Positions 1 to 10,613 of a stretch of DNA of 64,000 nt are shown here, one piece after another. The DNA comes from Shigella phage ESh17, in the sequence record ON528727, one strand, 5' to 3'. How positions within the stretch are numbered: the stretch's first letter is position 1; the number at the start of each line of letters is the position of its first letter. The notes under the pieces are model-generated. The model had not been told where the DNA came from. It made no database searches and saw nothing but the letters and a program-made list of their open reading frames with translations. The translations under genes and the position numbers were made by a program.

Positions 1-59
1 GAAATTTTCTCACCGGACTTTTTAATTAAATCAGCAGTTATTTCTTTAACAATTGCCAT
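1..59 (-). CDS. 48: Partial CDS, N-terminus of baseplate tail-tube cap protein (gene 48 position); continues beyond window start
   Basis: Minus-strand ATG about 57-59 reading MAIVKEITADLIKKSGEKI, directly downstream of gene 29 stop; synteny 29-48 in T4. Confidence 0.45.
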   Translation of the reverse strand, partial: MAIVKEITADLIKKSGEKI

Positions 60-67
60 ATTATTCC

Positions 68-1840
68 TTAATTAACTCCAGTCGCATCAAATACACCAGG
101 AGCAGTCGTGCTCGTTACGGGTGTCATATTATGAACGACAGTATTTTTCTTAATAACATTATTAGTATTATTGATTGAAGGAGATGCTTGTTGAACAGGA
201 GCTTGCTGTGCTTTGTTCTTTTCTATTACCTGGACTTGTTTTGCTTCTGGCGATTTAGCAGAAGTTTCAGGTTTGGCATTAGGCTGATTTTTCTTGAGCT
301 CTTGATAAGTAGCATCAATTTTAGAAAATCTAGCAGCAAGTTCTTTTTTAACTGCCGGTGAATTATTTAAATCCGGGTCATCCATTCGTTTTTTAAGGTC
401 TTCATAAGCAGCTTCAACTGATTTAACCGTTGAGTCTTTACTCATATCAGCCGAATCAGCATATTTTTCAAAACGAATCATCGCGGCCCGAGCTTCATTA
501 GCCTTCATTAAAGCATTTTTTCTTTCTTCAGGTGAAAGTTGCTTTAATTTTTCTTCTTCTGCTGCACGTTCTTCGTCGGTAGTTAGTGCTTCTTTATTAT
601 CAACCCCACGAATCCAATTAGATGCACGAGTTTTCCAATTAGCAATTTTATCTAATCCTTTTGCTATCGGACCAAGGTCTCCGTTCATTCGTTTATCTTG
701 ATAATTTGCAACTTTTTCCTGGTCTTCTTTATTGAGAGATGCTCCAGTAGAATTTTGGAAATTTTCTAATGCTCTTCCTTCTACTTCATCAGCAGTATCC
801 TTCATACCAGGAATGACTCGAAGAATTGCTGCAGATAATTTAGCCATACCTAATTGAATAAGTTCACCTAAATTAAAAAGAACACTTCCGAGTCCTTCAA
901 CAATAGCTGCTGTCAATCCACCCCAATCTCCCGCTTCCCAAAGTTGTTTAATTTTATCAATAGAATCAAAGATGCTCTGTAATAAAGGACCCCATGTTCC
1001 GGTTTCGCTAGAGAATTTAGTAAAGTTGCCACTATATAAATCCCAGGCTTTTGAAAATTTATCTGACCAGTATTTAAAATGAACCATCAACAGGTCTATT
1101 CCAACAACAACAGCCAATATCATTGCAGTCATTTTAGCAGCTTCAATAGCAGCACTGACGGTGTACTTAAATAGCATGCTTGATATTTTATCAGTAATTG
1201 AAATGGATTTTTTAAATCCAAAATCAACAGTCTTCGTTAATTTATCTAAAGCTTGAGATAATTTTAAGTTAAATGCTTCTTTTTTCTGTTTTTCTTCTGG
1301 CGATTCTTGTTTGGGTTCAACTGGCTGAGGGGTAGGGAAAAAATCAGCGTCAGGATCATTATTAACTGCTTCAGGGGCCGGTAATAAAGGACCCACAGAT
1401 TCAGCTGTATCATCCTCAACAACTTTAACAGGAATAGCATTTTCGACTACTGCTAAACTCGTTCCAGTCTGTTGAATTCCAGCTGTCTGAATTTTTTGTT
1501 CTAATAAACTCGTTAATTTATCTAATTTGCTTCCGAGTGATTCGCCTATTTCTTTATTGATATTATTGCCAATTTCAACAGTTTCGGCAATTAACTCAGA
1601 ACCTGCGGTAGTATCACTCACTGCGCTTTCTACGTTGTCAATTGCTCCAACTATTTCATTCGATTTTTCTTCGACAGTTTGAGCTATTAATTCAGAGGCA
1701 GCTTGAGCATCATCTAATTTTGTAGAAATGTTATTAAGACCAGATAAAGTATTAGAAGCGGATTTAGCCGCTTCCTGTGTTGGTTTATTATCTGAAATAA
1801 CTTTTCTACGCATCGTTTGCATTTCTTGTGGCTTTTTCAT
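68..1840 (-). CDS. 29: Baseplate hub subunit / tail length determinator gp29
   Basis: 590 aa ORF, same length as T4 gp29; synteny with 28/27/51. Confidence 0.85.
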   Translation of the reverse strand: MKKPQEMQTMRRKVISDNKPTQEAAKSASNTLSGLNNISTKLDDAQAASELIAQTVEEKSNEIVGAIDNVESAVSDTTAGSELIAETVEIGNNINKEIGESLGSKLDKLTSLLEQKIQTAGIQQTGTSLAVVENAIPVKVVEDDTAESVGPLLPAPEAVNNDPDADFFPTPQPVEPKQESPEEKQKKEAFNLKLSQALDKLTKTVDFGFKKSISITDKISSMLFKYTVSAAIEAAKMTAMILAVVVGIDLLMVHFKYWSDKFSKAWDLYSGNFTKFSSETGTWGPLLQSIFDSIDKIKQLWEAGDWGGLTAAIVEGLGSVLFNLGELIQLGMAKLSAAILRVIPGMKDTADEVEGRALENFQNSTGASLNKEDQEKVANYQDKRMNGDLGPIAKGLDKIANWKTRASNWIRGVDNKEALTTDEERAAEEEKLKQLSPEERKNALMKANEARAAMIRFEKYADSADMSKDSTVKSVEAAYEDLKKRMDDPDLNNSPAVKKELAARFSKIDATYQELKKNQPNAKPETSAKSPEAKQVQVIEKNKAQQAPVQQASPSINNTNNVIKKNTVVHNMTPVTSTTAPGVFDATGVN

Positions 1841-2370
1841 TCAAATAATCCAATAATATTGCCAATTCCGGTTATTGGACCATTAGGGCCAGGAATTGCT
1901 AAAGTTGTAGAAATATCATTTGCCCATTTTAAAACAAATGCTGGCATCTCAAGAAAATTAATTTCTTTAACTTCATCATTGATCTTAAGCAAGCATTTGG
2001 ATAACATATCGCTTACAGTTAAAAATTGTTCAAATTTTCCAGGAGGTCTAAAATAAAATGTATTTCCTTGGTATTGAAATTCCAATCTTTGGCATACATA
2101 AACGTCATTAATATCATAAGTATAACCATCTATTTCTTTACGAGATTTAATCTTTCCATTAAATTCTAGCAAATGAATAGAAACGAAATCAACTTCTGCC
2201 GGTGATAAATTTGGACAAATAGAATCAATAAGAAGCTTTAAATTTTCATCAGGACCTTTAACATCTTTTAAAATGTTATAATGTTTAAGACCCATCTTAG
2301 GAATAGAAACTTCTTTATTACTTATCGGAAGAACTACTTTCTTCAGTGGTAGTATCAGTTTTAAATTCAT
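1837..2370 (-). CDS. 28: Baseplate hub distal subunit gp28
   Basis: ORF track gives 191 aa (to 2412); internal ATG at 2368-2370 gives 177 aa matching T4 gp28; overlaps 3' end of gene 27. Confidence 0.75.
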   Translation of the reverse strand: MNLKLILPLKKVVLPISNKEVSIPKMGLKHYNILKDVKGPDENLKLLIDSICPNLSPAEVDFVSIHLLEFNGKIKSRKEIDGYTYDINDVYVCQRLEFQYQGNTFYFRPPGKFEQFLTVSDMLSKCLLKINDEVKEINFLEMPAFVLKWANDISTTLAIPGPNGPITGIGNIIGLFE

Positions 2371-3490
2371 TTTTAACCTTAACTGGGTCGATTGTTTCCA
2401 GTTTCGTTGCATTAGTGAACATGTAAAGATGAGTTACGGAATTATTATTTGATAATTCGTGAATAACTTCATCAACGTAAAATTCTGTTTTAAATTGGTT
2501 TTTACTATCATTAAAAATAATTTTAACGCCAGGAGTCAAGTTAAAATTACCGACAGTAGAACATTTAGCATAGCCATCATATTGCGCCATAGTCTGAAGA
2601 CGAATAGCTTCTTCATATCCATTTCTATAAGTCATTTCAGAATAAGCACCTGACCTTGACACTACAATAGAGTTTTCACCCTTTCCTGTAGTAATCATTG
2701 GCAGTGAAGAATCTAAAAACGAATGAGCATAGATAGTAGCATTTTTCATTGGATCACGTTTATGCGGGTTTGATTTAGTCAACCAAACAAAATCATATGC
2801 TAATGGATATTTCAATTCTTGGACGAATTGACCTATTAAAGTTGGCTCACCTACAATCATTGGATATGGTTCTTGATTTATCATCATATCATAGTCCATC
2901 ATGTTAACTCCCATGATGTCTTGCCACACAAATACAAATTTGTCACTTCCTACAGCTAGAGCAACTTCTCTTACATAGGACAAATAATTTTCAAATGTAC
3001 TAGTCCATGGAATATCAGGAACATAAGCATTTATAGCATTTATTGCTGGAGTTAATAATGTGCGGTCTTGATAAATGACACCAAGCATTTCTTTTATAGA
3101 TTCACCTGCATCAGGGAAAAATGGTCTACCAAATTTAAGATTTTCTATAGAATGAATAGTTCCCAATTCAATAGCAATGATGTTATCGCCTTTTGAATCT
3201 ACTGACACGGAAAAATGCTTGCATCCATAAATTCGTGTTTTAACATTATTAATATCGTTTGCATTAGCTACAGAAATTTGAATTATTTCATTTCCATCCA
3301 TTTTTGTGTGGATATTTTTAGAATCATAAAACTGCAGCATTCCTTCATTTCGTCCATAAAGAGAATCCCGCATAGTTAATGTGGTAATAGTAGCAGCTAA
3401 TTCAACAAATCTATTATTACTCCAAGCGTCGTAGCTATCAAATAATTTAACGCTGAGATTTGGATATCCGGGGCGTTGCAACATACTCAT
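2318..3490 (-). CDS. 27: Baseplate hub subunit gp27
   Basis: 390 aa ORF, T4 gp27 size; synteny. Confidence 0.85.
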   Translation of the reverse strand: MSMLQRPGYPNLSVKLFDSYDAWSNNRFVELAATITTLTMRDSLYGRNEGMLQFYDSKNIHTKMDGNEIIQISVANANDINNVKTRIYGCKHFSVSVDSKGDNIIAIELGTIHSIENLKFGRPFFPDAGESIKEMLGVIYQDRTLLTPAINAINAYVPDIPWTSTFENYLSYVREVALAVGSDKFVFVWQDIMGVNMMDYDMMINQEPYPMIVGEPTLIGQFVQELKYPLAYDFVWLTKSNPHKRDPMKNATIYAHSFLDSSLPMITTGKGENSIVVSRSGAYSEMTYRNGYEEAIRLQTMAQYDGYAKCSTVGNFNLTPGVKIIFNDSKNQFKTEFYVDEVIHELSNNNSVTHLYMFTNATKLETIDPVKVKNEFKTDTTTEESSSSDK

Positions 3491-4239
3491 TATTGTTTAT
3501 CCTTCTCAATCAGTTTTAATACGAATCCGCGCTCGGCAGGAATCATTTTCATTATTGAATTTAAGCTATAATTACTTTTTACGAGTGTGTGATTAATTTG
3601 ATAAAAAGTAAATATCTCATCTGGGTTAACTAATAGCTTAAACACGTCTACTATATCAGTGTATTTTTTAATGTACTTATTACAGCATGACATATGTAGA
3701 GTTAAATTAATAGGATTCATTGCATCGAGAATTTTTTCTAATGTTTCTATCTCGATGGCGTCAACTAGTTCTATTTGACTGGACTCGCTAATTTCCTTCC
3801 AATCATACCATATTTCATCTACTTGAACAGAATGAATATTTTCAGTAATCATCTTTGCTTTATTTTCATAAAACTCAGAAGGAAACTTTAATTTAATTTT
3901 AACATTAGCTACATCAAAAACAGGTTCCTTTAATTCTTTTTGATATATTTCAAATGGAACTGTCTTTTCTTTTTTACATTTTGGACATACAAATGTGACC
4001 GGTACTTTAGTTTTACCTATTGACCCTACAAATACCTGCAAAAATATAAATGGTTGCCAAGTCTTCGGATAGTCTCCAAAATAATCGGCAATTAAATCAG
4101 CAATTATTTCTTTTTGTTCTTGTGGTGACCGATGTTCTATATCGTTTCGAACTAACAAAAAATCTCGATAATCTTCTACCGTAAATGGTTTAAAACGATG
4201 AACACCATCTGGTAATTTACAACGAATAATGTTTGCCAT
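3490..4239 (-). CDS. 51: Baseplate hub assembly catalyst gp51
   Basis: 249 aa, T4 gp51 size; divergent from gene 26 with shared late-promoter region. Confidence 0.85.
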   Translation of the reverse strand: MANIIRCKLPDGVHRFKPFTVEDYRDFLLVRNDIEHRSPQEQKEIIADLIADYFGDYPKTWQPFIFLQVFVGSIGKTKVPVTFVCPKCKKEKTVPFEIYQKELKEPVFDVANVKIKLKFPSEFYENKAKMITENIHSVQVDEIWYDWKEISESSQIELVDAIEIETLEKILDAMNPINLTLHMSCCNKYIKKYTDIVDVFKLLVNPDEIFTFYQINHTLVKSNYSLNSIMKMIPAERGFVLKLIEKDKQ

Positions 4240-4256
4240 AGATGCTCCTTTTATTC

Positions 4257-4264
4257 TATTTATA
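4257..4264 (-). promoter_or_regulatory. T4-type late promoter (TATAAATA on minus strand) for gene 51
   Basis: TATTTATA on plus strand, overlapping the gene 26 promoter. Confidence 0.55.
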
Positions 4265-4268
4265 AATA
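4261..4268 (+). promoter_or_regulatory. T4-type late promoter TATAAATA for gene 26
   Basis: Exact TATAAATA 22 bp upstream of ATG. Confidence 0.6.
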
Positions 4269-4289
4269 TGATAAATAAAGGAGCTAAAT

Positions 4290-4916
4290 ATGTATGAATA
4301 CAAATTTGATGTGAGAGTTGGTTCTAAAATAATCAATTGTCGCGCATTCACGCTTAAAGAATATCTAGAACTTATTACTGCCAAAAATAATGGTTCCGTA
4401 GAAGTAATTGTTAAAAAGCTAATCAAAGACTGCACAAATGCAAAAGATTTAAACCGCCAAGAATCAGAACTATTGTTGATTCATTTATGGGCACATTCTC
4501 TTGGTGAAGTTAATCACGAAAACTCCTGGAAGTGCACCTGTGGAACTGAAATACCAACCCATATAAATCTATTACATACACAAATAGATGCACCAGAAGA
4601 CCTCTGGTATACACTGGGTGACATTAAAATTAAGTTCCATTACCCTAAAATTTTTGATGATAAAAATATAGCCCACATGATAGTATCATGTATAGAAACG
4701 ATTCACGCTAACGGGGAAAGCATTCCAGTTGAAGACTTAAATGAAAAAGAACTGGAAGATTTATATTCTATCATCACAGAGTCAGATATTGTAGCTATAA
4801 AAGATATGCTTTTAAAACCTACTGTTTATTTGGCTGTTCCAATTAAGTGTCCAGAGTGTGGAAAAACCCATGCTCATGTAATAAGAGGACTCAAAGAATT
4901 CTTTGAGCTATTGTAA
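4290..4916 (+). CDS. 26: Baseplate hub subunit gp26
   Basis: 208 aa, T4 gp26 size; CxC...CPECG zinc-binding-like C-terminus; TATAAATA 22 bp upstream. Confidence 0.85.
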   Translation: MYEYKFDVRVGSKIINCRAFTLKEYLELITAKNNGSVEVIVKKLIKDCTNAKDLNRQESELLLIHLWAHSLGEVNHENSWKCTCGTEIPTHINLLHTQIDAPEDLWYTLGDIKIKFHYPKIFDDKNIAHMIVSCIETIHANGESIPVEDLNEKELEDLYSIITESDIVAIKDMLLKPTVYLAVPIKCPECGKTHAHVIRGLKEFFELL

Positions 4917-5314
4917 TGGCAAATATTAATAAGCTTTATTCTGACATTGACCCAGAAATGAAAATGGATTGGGACAAAGACGTTTCTAGATCCCTTGGAT
5001 TAAGGTCAATTAAAAATAGCCTTTTGGGAATTATTACAACCAGAAAAGGGTCAAGGCCATTTGACCCAGAATTTGGATGCGATTTATCTGACCAACTTTT
5101 TGAGAATATGACTCCTCTTACTGCTGACACGGTTGAGCGTAATATCGAAAGCGCGGTAAGAAACTATGAGCCACGTATTGATAAATTATCAGTTAATGTG
5201 ATACCGGTTTATGATGATTATACTCTGATAGTAGAAATACGCTTTTCGGTCATCGATAATCCTGATGATATTGAGCAGATAAAACTGCAACTGGCTTCCA
5301 GTAATAGAGTATAA
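4916..5314 (+). CDS. 25: Baseplate wedge / sheath initiator gp25
   Basis: 132 aa, T4 gp25 size; ATGA-type overlap with gene 26. Confidence 0.85.
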   Translation: MANINKLYSDIDPEMKMDWDKDVSRSLGLRSIKNSLLGIITTRKGSRPFDPEFGCDLSDQLFENMTPLTADTVERNIESAVRNYEPRIDKLSVNVIPVYDDYTLIVEIRFSVIDNPDDIEQIKLQLASSNRV

Positions 5315-5340
5315 TGCTTCACGTATAAACGTGGTATAAT
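5315..5340 (+). promoter_or_regulatory. T4 middle promoter for uvsY (MotA box + -10)
   Basis: MotA box TGCTTCA at 5315-5321 and TATAAT at 5335-5340, 13 bp apart. Confidence 0.6.
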
Positions 5341-5380
5341 GAATCTAAGTCCATCCAATAACAATTGAATAGAGAACAAT

Positions 5381-5794
5381 ATGAAATTAGAAGATCTTCA
5401 AGAAGAATTGAAGAAAGATGTGTTTATAGATTCGACTAAATTACAGTATGAAGCAGCTAATAATGTGATGTTATATAGTAAATGGCTTAATAAGCATTCA
5501 AGTATTAAAAAGGAAATGCTTAGAATTGACGCGCAAAAGAAAGTTGCTCTTAAAGCTAAATTAGACTACTACTCGGGACGAGGAGATGGTGATGAATTTA
5601 GTATGGATCGTTACGAGAAATCAGAAATGAAGACAGTTCTATCAGCTGATAAGGATGTTTTAAAGGTTGATACCTCGCTGCAGTATTGGGGGATTTTATT
5701 AGATTTCTGTAGTGGAGCTCTTGATGCTATCAAATCACGCGGATTTGCTATTAAGCATATTCAAGACATGCGGGCATTTGAGGCTGGAAAATAA
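5381..5794 (+). CDS. uvsY: Recombination mediator UvsY
   Basis: 137 aa, T4 UvsY size; preceded by MotA-box middle promoter. Confidence 0.85.
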   Translation: MKLEDLQEELKKDVFIDSTKLQYEAANNVMLYSKWLNKHSSIKKEMLRIDAQKKVALKAKLDYYSGRGDGDEFSMDRYEKSEMKTVLSADKDVLKVDTSLQYWGILLDFCSGALDAIKSRGFAIKHIQDMRAFEAGK

Positions 5795-6018
5795 TGAGAT
5801 ATAGCATTGATGATGCTTTTAATTATGAAGAAGAATTTGAAACTGAGATTCAATTCTTAATGAAAAAGCATAATCTTAAGCGTCAGGATATTCGTATCCT
5901 GGCCGACCACCCGTGTGGTGAAGATGTCCTTTATATTAAAGGAAAATTTGCCGGATATCTTGATGAATATTTTTATTCTAAAGATATGGGCATTGATATG
6001 CATATGAGAGTTATATAA
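5794..6018 (+). CDS. Small conserved protein UvsY.-1
   Basis: 74 aa ORF, overlapping stop/start with uvsY; T4 synteny. Confidence 0.7.
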   Translation: MRYSIDDAFNYEEEFETEIQFLMKKHNLKRQDIRILADHPCGEDVLYIKGKFAGYLDEYFYSKDMGIDMHMRVI

Positions 6019-6021
6019 ATA
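6014..6021 (+). promoter_or_regulatory. Late promoter TATAAATA upstream of uvsY.-2
   Basis: Exact TATAAATA 25 bp upstream of ATG 6047. Confidence 0.5.
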
Positions 6022-6046
6022 GATATATAATTTAGAGGAGACAATC

Positions 6047-6214
6047 ATGTCAGATAAGATTTGCGTTGTCTGTAAAACTCCAATCGATTCTGCATTGGTT
6101 GTTGAAACAGACAAAGGTCCTGCACATCCTGGGCCTTGTTATAATTACATTAAAGAACTACCAGTTTCAGAAAGTTCGGAAGAACAATTAAATGAAACGC
6201 AACTTTTGCTATAG
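6047..6214 (+). CDS. Small zinc-ribbon-like protein (uvsY.-2 position)
   Basis: 55 aa ORF not in track (<60 aa); RBS GAGGAG, TATAAATA at 6014-6021; CVVC...GPC cysteine pattern. Confidence 0.6.
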   Translation: MSDKICVVCKTPIDSALVVETDKGPAHPGPCYNYIKELPVSESSEEQLNETQLLL

Positions 6215-6237
6215 TGTGACCTTTAGTCTATAGTTTT

Positions 6238-6266
6238 GGCCCTTCCTTTTTGGTTGGGCCTTTTTT
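6238..6266 (+). terminator. Hairpin + T-run after uvsY operon (convergent with uvsW.1)
   Basis: GGCCC...GGGCC stem followed by TTTTTT. Confidence 0.4.
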
Positions 6267-6269
6267 AAT

Positions 6270-6512
6270 TTAAAAGCTTTCTTCTACTTCATCGTCTGAA
6301 TCTTCTAATTCAGCTCTTTTTCCTGCCAAAGCATCTCTGACTGAGATGTCATCAGTATCTTTTAATTCAGTTTCTTTAACTCTTTTCTTATAATAAGCTT
6401 CAAGTTCTTCTAAACCTTCTAATGTTTGACAAGAGGCAATTTTACCCATAAATTCATCAATAGAAGCTTCATAAAGAAATTGTTTAAATTCTAGTAACAT
6501 CTTTTTCTCCAA
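6270..6512 (-). CDS. UvsW.1 small acidic protein
   Basis: 80 aa ORF immediately downstream of uvsW on minus strand. Confidence 0.65.
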   Translation of the reverse strand: MEKKMLLEFKQFLYEASIDEFMGKIASCQTLEGLEELEAYYKKRVKETELKDTDDISVRDALAGKRAELEDSDDEVEESF

Positions 6513-6525
6513 AGGGCCGAAGCCC

Positions 6526-8034
6526 TTATAAATTAACTGTTTTCATTACGTAATTAAATTTTTCATCTGCGTAGCGCTGAATACGATCAATGCCGTGTTT
6601 TAAAAGATAGTTTAAATGAACATATTTCTTTTTCGTATTAGCAGATTTTGGCTTAACACCACAATCATCTATGAGGTCCCAGACTGTTGCTATTGTCTTA
6701 GAACCATGCTTACGTAATACACGACCGATTGTTTGTAATACAATGATTTTTGATTTAACACCATGCGCTAAAACAACGTGATGCAGATTTTTAACTGAAA
6801 TACCAGTAGAAAATACACCATAACTAGCTACTATAATTATTCCTTTACCATTTTCAGCTAAGGTTTTCATTATATTGCGGGTTTCGGTATCAACTTCCCC
6901 TGATACGTAATAAACTTTATCGTACTCATTTTTAATTAAATCGAAAATAGCTTTACCATGTGATACATGTTTAAACATGACAAAAGCGTTTTCATCTTTT
7001 TGCGCAAGCTTAATAGCTAATTTAGCGATCCATTTATTTCTTTTACTAAGCCCCGTAATAATTTTTATTTCTTCTTGATAAGTTTTTCCCTTTAATTTAG
7101 TAGTGAACTCATCGGGATAGCGAAGAAAAATACTATTAATTTTTAGCTCAGTTACTTGTCCATCTTCCATTAACTTAGAAGTCGTTACTGGCTTAAATAT
7201 TTCACCAAACATTCCAACATACTGCATGATATTGGCTTTGCCATCACGTAATGAACCAGATAGACCAAATTTGAACATGCAGTTATTTAAACCTGATATG
7301 ATGGATGAAATACTTTTTCCTGTAGCAAGATGACATTCATCATTCATCATCATTCCAAACTGTGAGAACCATTCTTTCGGTTGTTTTACTACAGTTTGCC
7401 ATGTACCAACAACGACTGGTGCATCATTTTTATATTTATCATCTTTTGATGCTCCGCCACCAATTTTCTTTATCATTGCATGACTGAATAAACGATAGTC
7501 AACGAAGTCATCAGCCATCTGAGTTGTCAGAGCAGTTGTTGGAACAATGATAAGAATTTTGCCTTCATAATTTTCCAAATAATATCGCGCAAGCAAAGCT
7601 TGAATTAAAGATTTACCAGCGGATGTTGGAAGATTAAGAATTCTACGACGATTAACTAATCCTTCGAACACTGCATCTTTTTGATACCAGTGTGGTTCAA
7701 TTCTTTTATTTCCTGAATAGATTTCTAATTTAGAAAGCCATTCATCAAAATCTTTTCTTGATAATTCTTCTTTTTCGTTAATTTGTGGGTCAATCCAGGC
7801 TTTATAGCCAAAGTTATCACAGAACTTTTTAATTTGCCCGACTAAGCCGAATGGAAGAAGACGATTATAATCTAAAAGACGGATTCGTCCATCCCAGTTG
7901 CCATATCTGAAGCGAGGATTAAACCTATATCCATCGGCCTCAAACGAAAAGAAATCTCTTAATTCGTGGAACGTGCTCTCTTCACAATCGATGCGTACAT
8001 GGCTGAAGTCGTGAAAATGTACTTTAATATCCAT
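6526..8034 (-). CDS. uvsW: UvsW RNA-DNA / DNA helicase (SF2)
   Basis: 502 aa; helicase motifs LPTSAGKS (Walker A) and MMNDECH (DExH-like); T4 UvsW size. Confidence 0.85.
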   Translation of the reverse strand: MDIKVHFHDFSHVRIDCEESTFHELRDFFSFEADGYRFNPRFRYGNWDGRIRLLDYNRLLPFGLVGQIKKFCDNFGYKAWIDPQINEKEELSRKDFDEWLSKLEIYSGNKRIEPHWYQKDAVFEGLVNRRRILNLPTSAGKSLIQALLARYYLENYEGKILIIVPTTALTTQMADDFVDYRLFSHAMIKKIGGGASKDDKYKNDAPVVVGTWQTVVKQPKEWFSQFGMMMNDECHLATGKSISSIISGLNNCMFKFGLSGSLRDGKANIMQYVGMFGEIFKPVTTSKLMEDGQVTELKINSIFLRYPDEFTTKLKGKTYQEEIKIITGLSKRNKWIAKLAIKLAQKDENAFVMFKHVSHGKAIFDLIKNEYDKVYYVSGEVDTETRNIMKTLAENGKGIIIVASYGVFSTGISVKNLHHVVLAHGVKSKIIVLQTIGRVLRKHGSKTIATVWDLIDDCGVKPKSANTKKKYVHLNYLLKHGIDRIQRYADEKFNYVMKTVNL

Positions 8035-8036
8035 AA

Positions 8037-8654
8037 TTATGCCTTACTAAATTTGCCTTTAGAATCTCTTTTCATGAGACGACCTTTAATAAATCCGTCG
8101 GGAATAATACCGTCTGGTTGTATTAATTTATTTATTGCACCATTATTGACCCAAAAAGTTCCTGTGGTAGTTGGTTTGACTTTACATCCTTTTCTGGACT
8201 TTCTATTAGGATGAACCATCCCTTTTACAAATCCTTCTGGAACAAGTTCTCCAGGTTTAATAAAAATATTTTTAGTTCCATTAGTGTAACAAGTTGTACC
8301 TAATACCGTGCCCGGTGAGTTTTCAAATCTCTTAGCGGAAGATTCTTTCATCTTTGCTATAACCTCTGTAGTCATAACAATTCCACCAATTCCACCAGGT
8401 TTCATATTATAATAATTTTTGCTTTTTATTATTTCAGGAGTTATAATTTCTTCTTCATACATGTACGCTTCTTCGGAAGTTTTAAACTCTTTTAGTATTG
8501 TTCTAGAGAAATTGTTTTCACCATATTTCTTTATAGCCTGCTGAATTGCCTTACCGGAACCAAGGTAACCATCATTCAAGTCATCAGTAGAGTGTTTTCC
8601 TATATACTTTTTACCATTTATTAGATTTGTTGTTTCATATACAAAGTGGTACAT
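8037..8654 (-). CDS. segE: GIY-YIG homing endonuclease (SegE-like)
   Basis: 205 aa; N-terminal GKKYIGKH...DGYLGSG GIY-YIG motif; position between uvsW and inh as T4 segE. Confidence 0.8.
   Translation of the reverse strand: MYHFVYETTNLINGKKYIGKHSTDDLNDGYLGSGKAIQQAIKKYGENNFSRTILKEFKTSEEAYMYEEEIITPEIIKSKNYYNMKPGGIGGIVMTTEVIAKMKESSAKRFENSPGTVLGTTCYTNGTKNIFIKPGELVPEGFVKGMVHPNRKSRKGCKVKPTTTGTFWVNNGAINKLIQPDGIIPDGFIKGRLMKRDSKGKFSKA
8037..8654 (-). mobile_element. segE: Free-standing homing endonuclease gene (selfish mobile element)
   Basis: GIY-YIG HEG inserted between conserved genes uvsW and inh. Confidence 0.6.
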
Positions 8655-8703
8655 ACTATTTTCCGAGTAATAAATATATCTATATTTATACTGAGGAAAT
8701 ATT

Positions 8704-9384
8704 ATGATAGATAAAGATTATATTGCAGAGCTGAAGGCTCTTGATGATAACAAAGAAGCTAAAGCTAAATTAGCTGAATATGCTGAACAGTTTGGTATAA
8801 AGGTCAAAAAGAATAAATCTTTTGATAATATCGTTGTTGATATTGAAGAAGCCCTCCAGAAGCTCGCTAGTGAACCTATGCCAGAGACTGATGGGTTATC
8901 TATTAAAGACTTAATTGATGCTGCTGATGCTGCAGAGGGATTAAAATATGACGATGAAGAAGTCAATCCAGAAGCAGCACTTCTGATTGATTCTCCGGTT
9001 AAATCTGACATTAAAATTGAAGTAGTAGAAACGGATAAAATTCCTGAAAATACCGATGTTTTGATTGAAGATACTCCTTTTGTTGAAGAAAAATTTGAAC
9101 AGGCTGTAGCTGAAATTATTGAATCTGAAAATCCGTCTGTATTTACTCTTCCGGAAAACTTTAGCCCGAATCTTCAGTTGATTGGAAAAAATCCAGGATT
9201 CTGTACTGTTCCTTGGTGGATTTATCAATGGATTGCTGAAACTCCGGATTGGAAATCTCACCCAACAAGTTTTGAGCATGCGTCAGCACACCAAACTTTA
9301 TTTAGCTTAATTTACTACATTAATCGTGACGGATCAGTTCTAATTCGTGAAACACGTAATTCTTCTTTCGTAACATTAAAATAA
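8704..9384 (+). CDS. inh: Inh, inhibitor of prohead protease
   Basis: 226 aa, T4 Inh size; upstream of hoc. Confidence 0.7.
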   Translation: MIDKDYIAELKALDDNKEAKAKLAEYAEQFGIKVKKNKSFDNIVVDIEEALQKLASEPMPETDGLSIKDLIDAADAAEGLKYDDEEVNPEAALLIDSPVKSDIKIEVVETDKIPENTDVLIEDTPFVEEKFEQAVAEIIESENPSVFTLPENFSPNLQLIGKNPGFCTVPWWIYQWIAETPDWKSHPTSFEHASAHQTLFSLIYYINRDGSVLIRETRNSSFVTLK

Positions 9385-9393
9385 GGATAATTT

Positions 9394-10524
9394 ATGACTT
9401 TTACAGTTGATATAACTCCTAAAACGCCTACTGGAGTTATAGATCAGACTCAGCAGTTTACTGCTACACCCAGTGGTCAAACTGGAGATGGACCTATTAC
9501 ATATGCTTGGACTGTAGACGACGCTCCGCAGGAAGAAACGTCAGCAACTTTTAGTTATGTACTAAAAGGACCTGCCGGTCAAAAAACTATTAAAGTAGTT
9601 GCAACAAACCCAGTTCCAGATACTGATGCTGAAACAGCAGAAGCTACTACAACTATCACAGTTCAAAATAAGACACAGACAACTACTTTAGCTGTAACTC
9701 CTGATAGTCCTTCAGTTGGAGTAATTGGAACCCCAGTTCAATTTACTGCTGCCTTATCTTCTCAACCAGTTGGAGCGTCTGCTACGTATCAATGGCACGT
9801 TGACGGTTCTCCTGTAGGCGAAGCAACTTCTGCTACATTCAATTACACTCCTACCACAAGTGGAGTAAAAAGAATTAAATGCGTAGCCCAAGTAACTGCT
9901 GAAAATTACAATGAAAAGGAAGTTACTTCGAATGAAGTATCATTAACAGTTAATAAGAAGACAATGAATCCACAGGTTACATTGACTCCTCCTTCTATTA
10001 ACGTTCAACAAGATGCTTCGGCTACATTTACTGCTAATGTCACTGATGCACCAGAAGAAGCACAAATTGCTTATTCATGGAAGAAAGATTCTTCTCCCGT
10101 AGAAGGATCAACTAATGTGTATACCGTTGATACGTCATCTGTTGGAAGTCAAACTATTGAAGTTACTGCTATCGTTACGGCAACTGATTATGATAGTAAA
10201 ACTATTACAGCAGAAGGTCAAGTTCAAGTGACTGATAAAGTTGCTCCAGAACCAGAAGGTGAATTACCTTATGTTCATCCTCTTCCACACCGTAGCTCAG
10301 CTTACATCTGGTGCGGTTGGTGGGTTATGGATGAAATCCAAAAAATGACCGAAGAAGGTAAAGATTGGAAAACTGATGATCCAGATAGTAAGTACTACTT
10401 GCATCGTTACACTCTTCAGAAAATGATGAAAGACTATCCAGAAGTTGATGTTCAAGAATCACGTAATGGATACATCATTCACAAAACTGCTTTAGAAACT
10501 GGTATCATCTATACCTATCCATAA
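9394..10524 (+). CDS. hoc: Hoc, highly immunogenic outer capsid protein (Ig-like repeats)
   Basis: 376 aa, T4 Hoc size; three internal repeats of the form TYxWxVDxxPxxxxTSATFxY... Confidence 0.85.
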   Translation: MTFTVDITPKTPTGVIDQTQQFTATPSGQTGDGPITYAWTVDDAPQEETSATFSYVLKGPAGQKTIKVVATNPVPDTDAETAEATTTITVQNKTQTTTLAVTPDSPSVGVIGTPVQFTAALSSQPVGASATYQWHVDGSPVGEATSATFNYTPTTSGVKRIKCVAQVTAENYNEKEVTSNEVSLTVNKKTMNPQVTLTPPSINVQQDASATFTANVTDAPEEAQIAYSWKKDSSPVEGSTNVYTVDTSSVGSQTIEVTAIVTATDYDSKTITAEGQVQVTDKVAPEPEGELPYVHPLPHRSSAYIWCGWWVMDEIQKMTEEGKDWKTDDPDSKYYLHRYTLQKMMKDYPEVDVQESRNGYIIHKTALETGIIYTYP

Positions 10525-10530
10525 TCATAA

Positions 10531-10550
10531 GGGGCTTCGGCCCCTTTTTT
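10531..10550 (+). terminator. Rho-independent terminator after hoc
   Basis: GGGGCTTCGGCCCC hairpin followed by TTTTTT. Confidence 0.7.
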
Positions 10551-10613
10551 CATTTTGAAAGCACACAAAACACAATCAGAAAATGGTGTATATAATGGCA
10601 CCAACTCGATAAC

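Noticed and set aside
1817-2056. 79-aa plus-strand ORF
   Set aside because: Antisense to gene 28 / 3' end of gene 29; no independent support.
8718-9279. Minus-strand ORFs 8718..9011 and 8941..9279
   Set aside because: Embedded antisense within inh; low-complexity translations; no promoter or RBS context.
10551-10613. TATATAAT-containing stretch upstream of the 71-aa ORF as a promoter
   Set aside because: No -35, MotA box or exact TATAAATA at appropriate spacing; too ambiguous to call.
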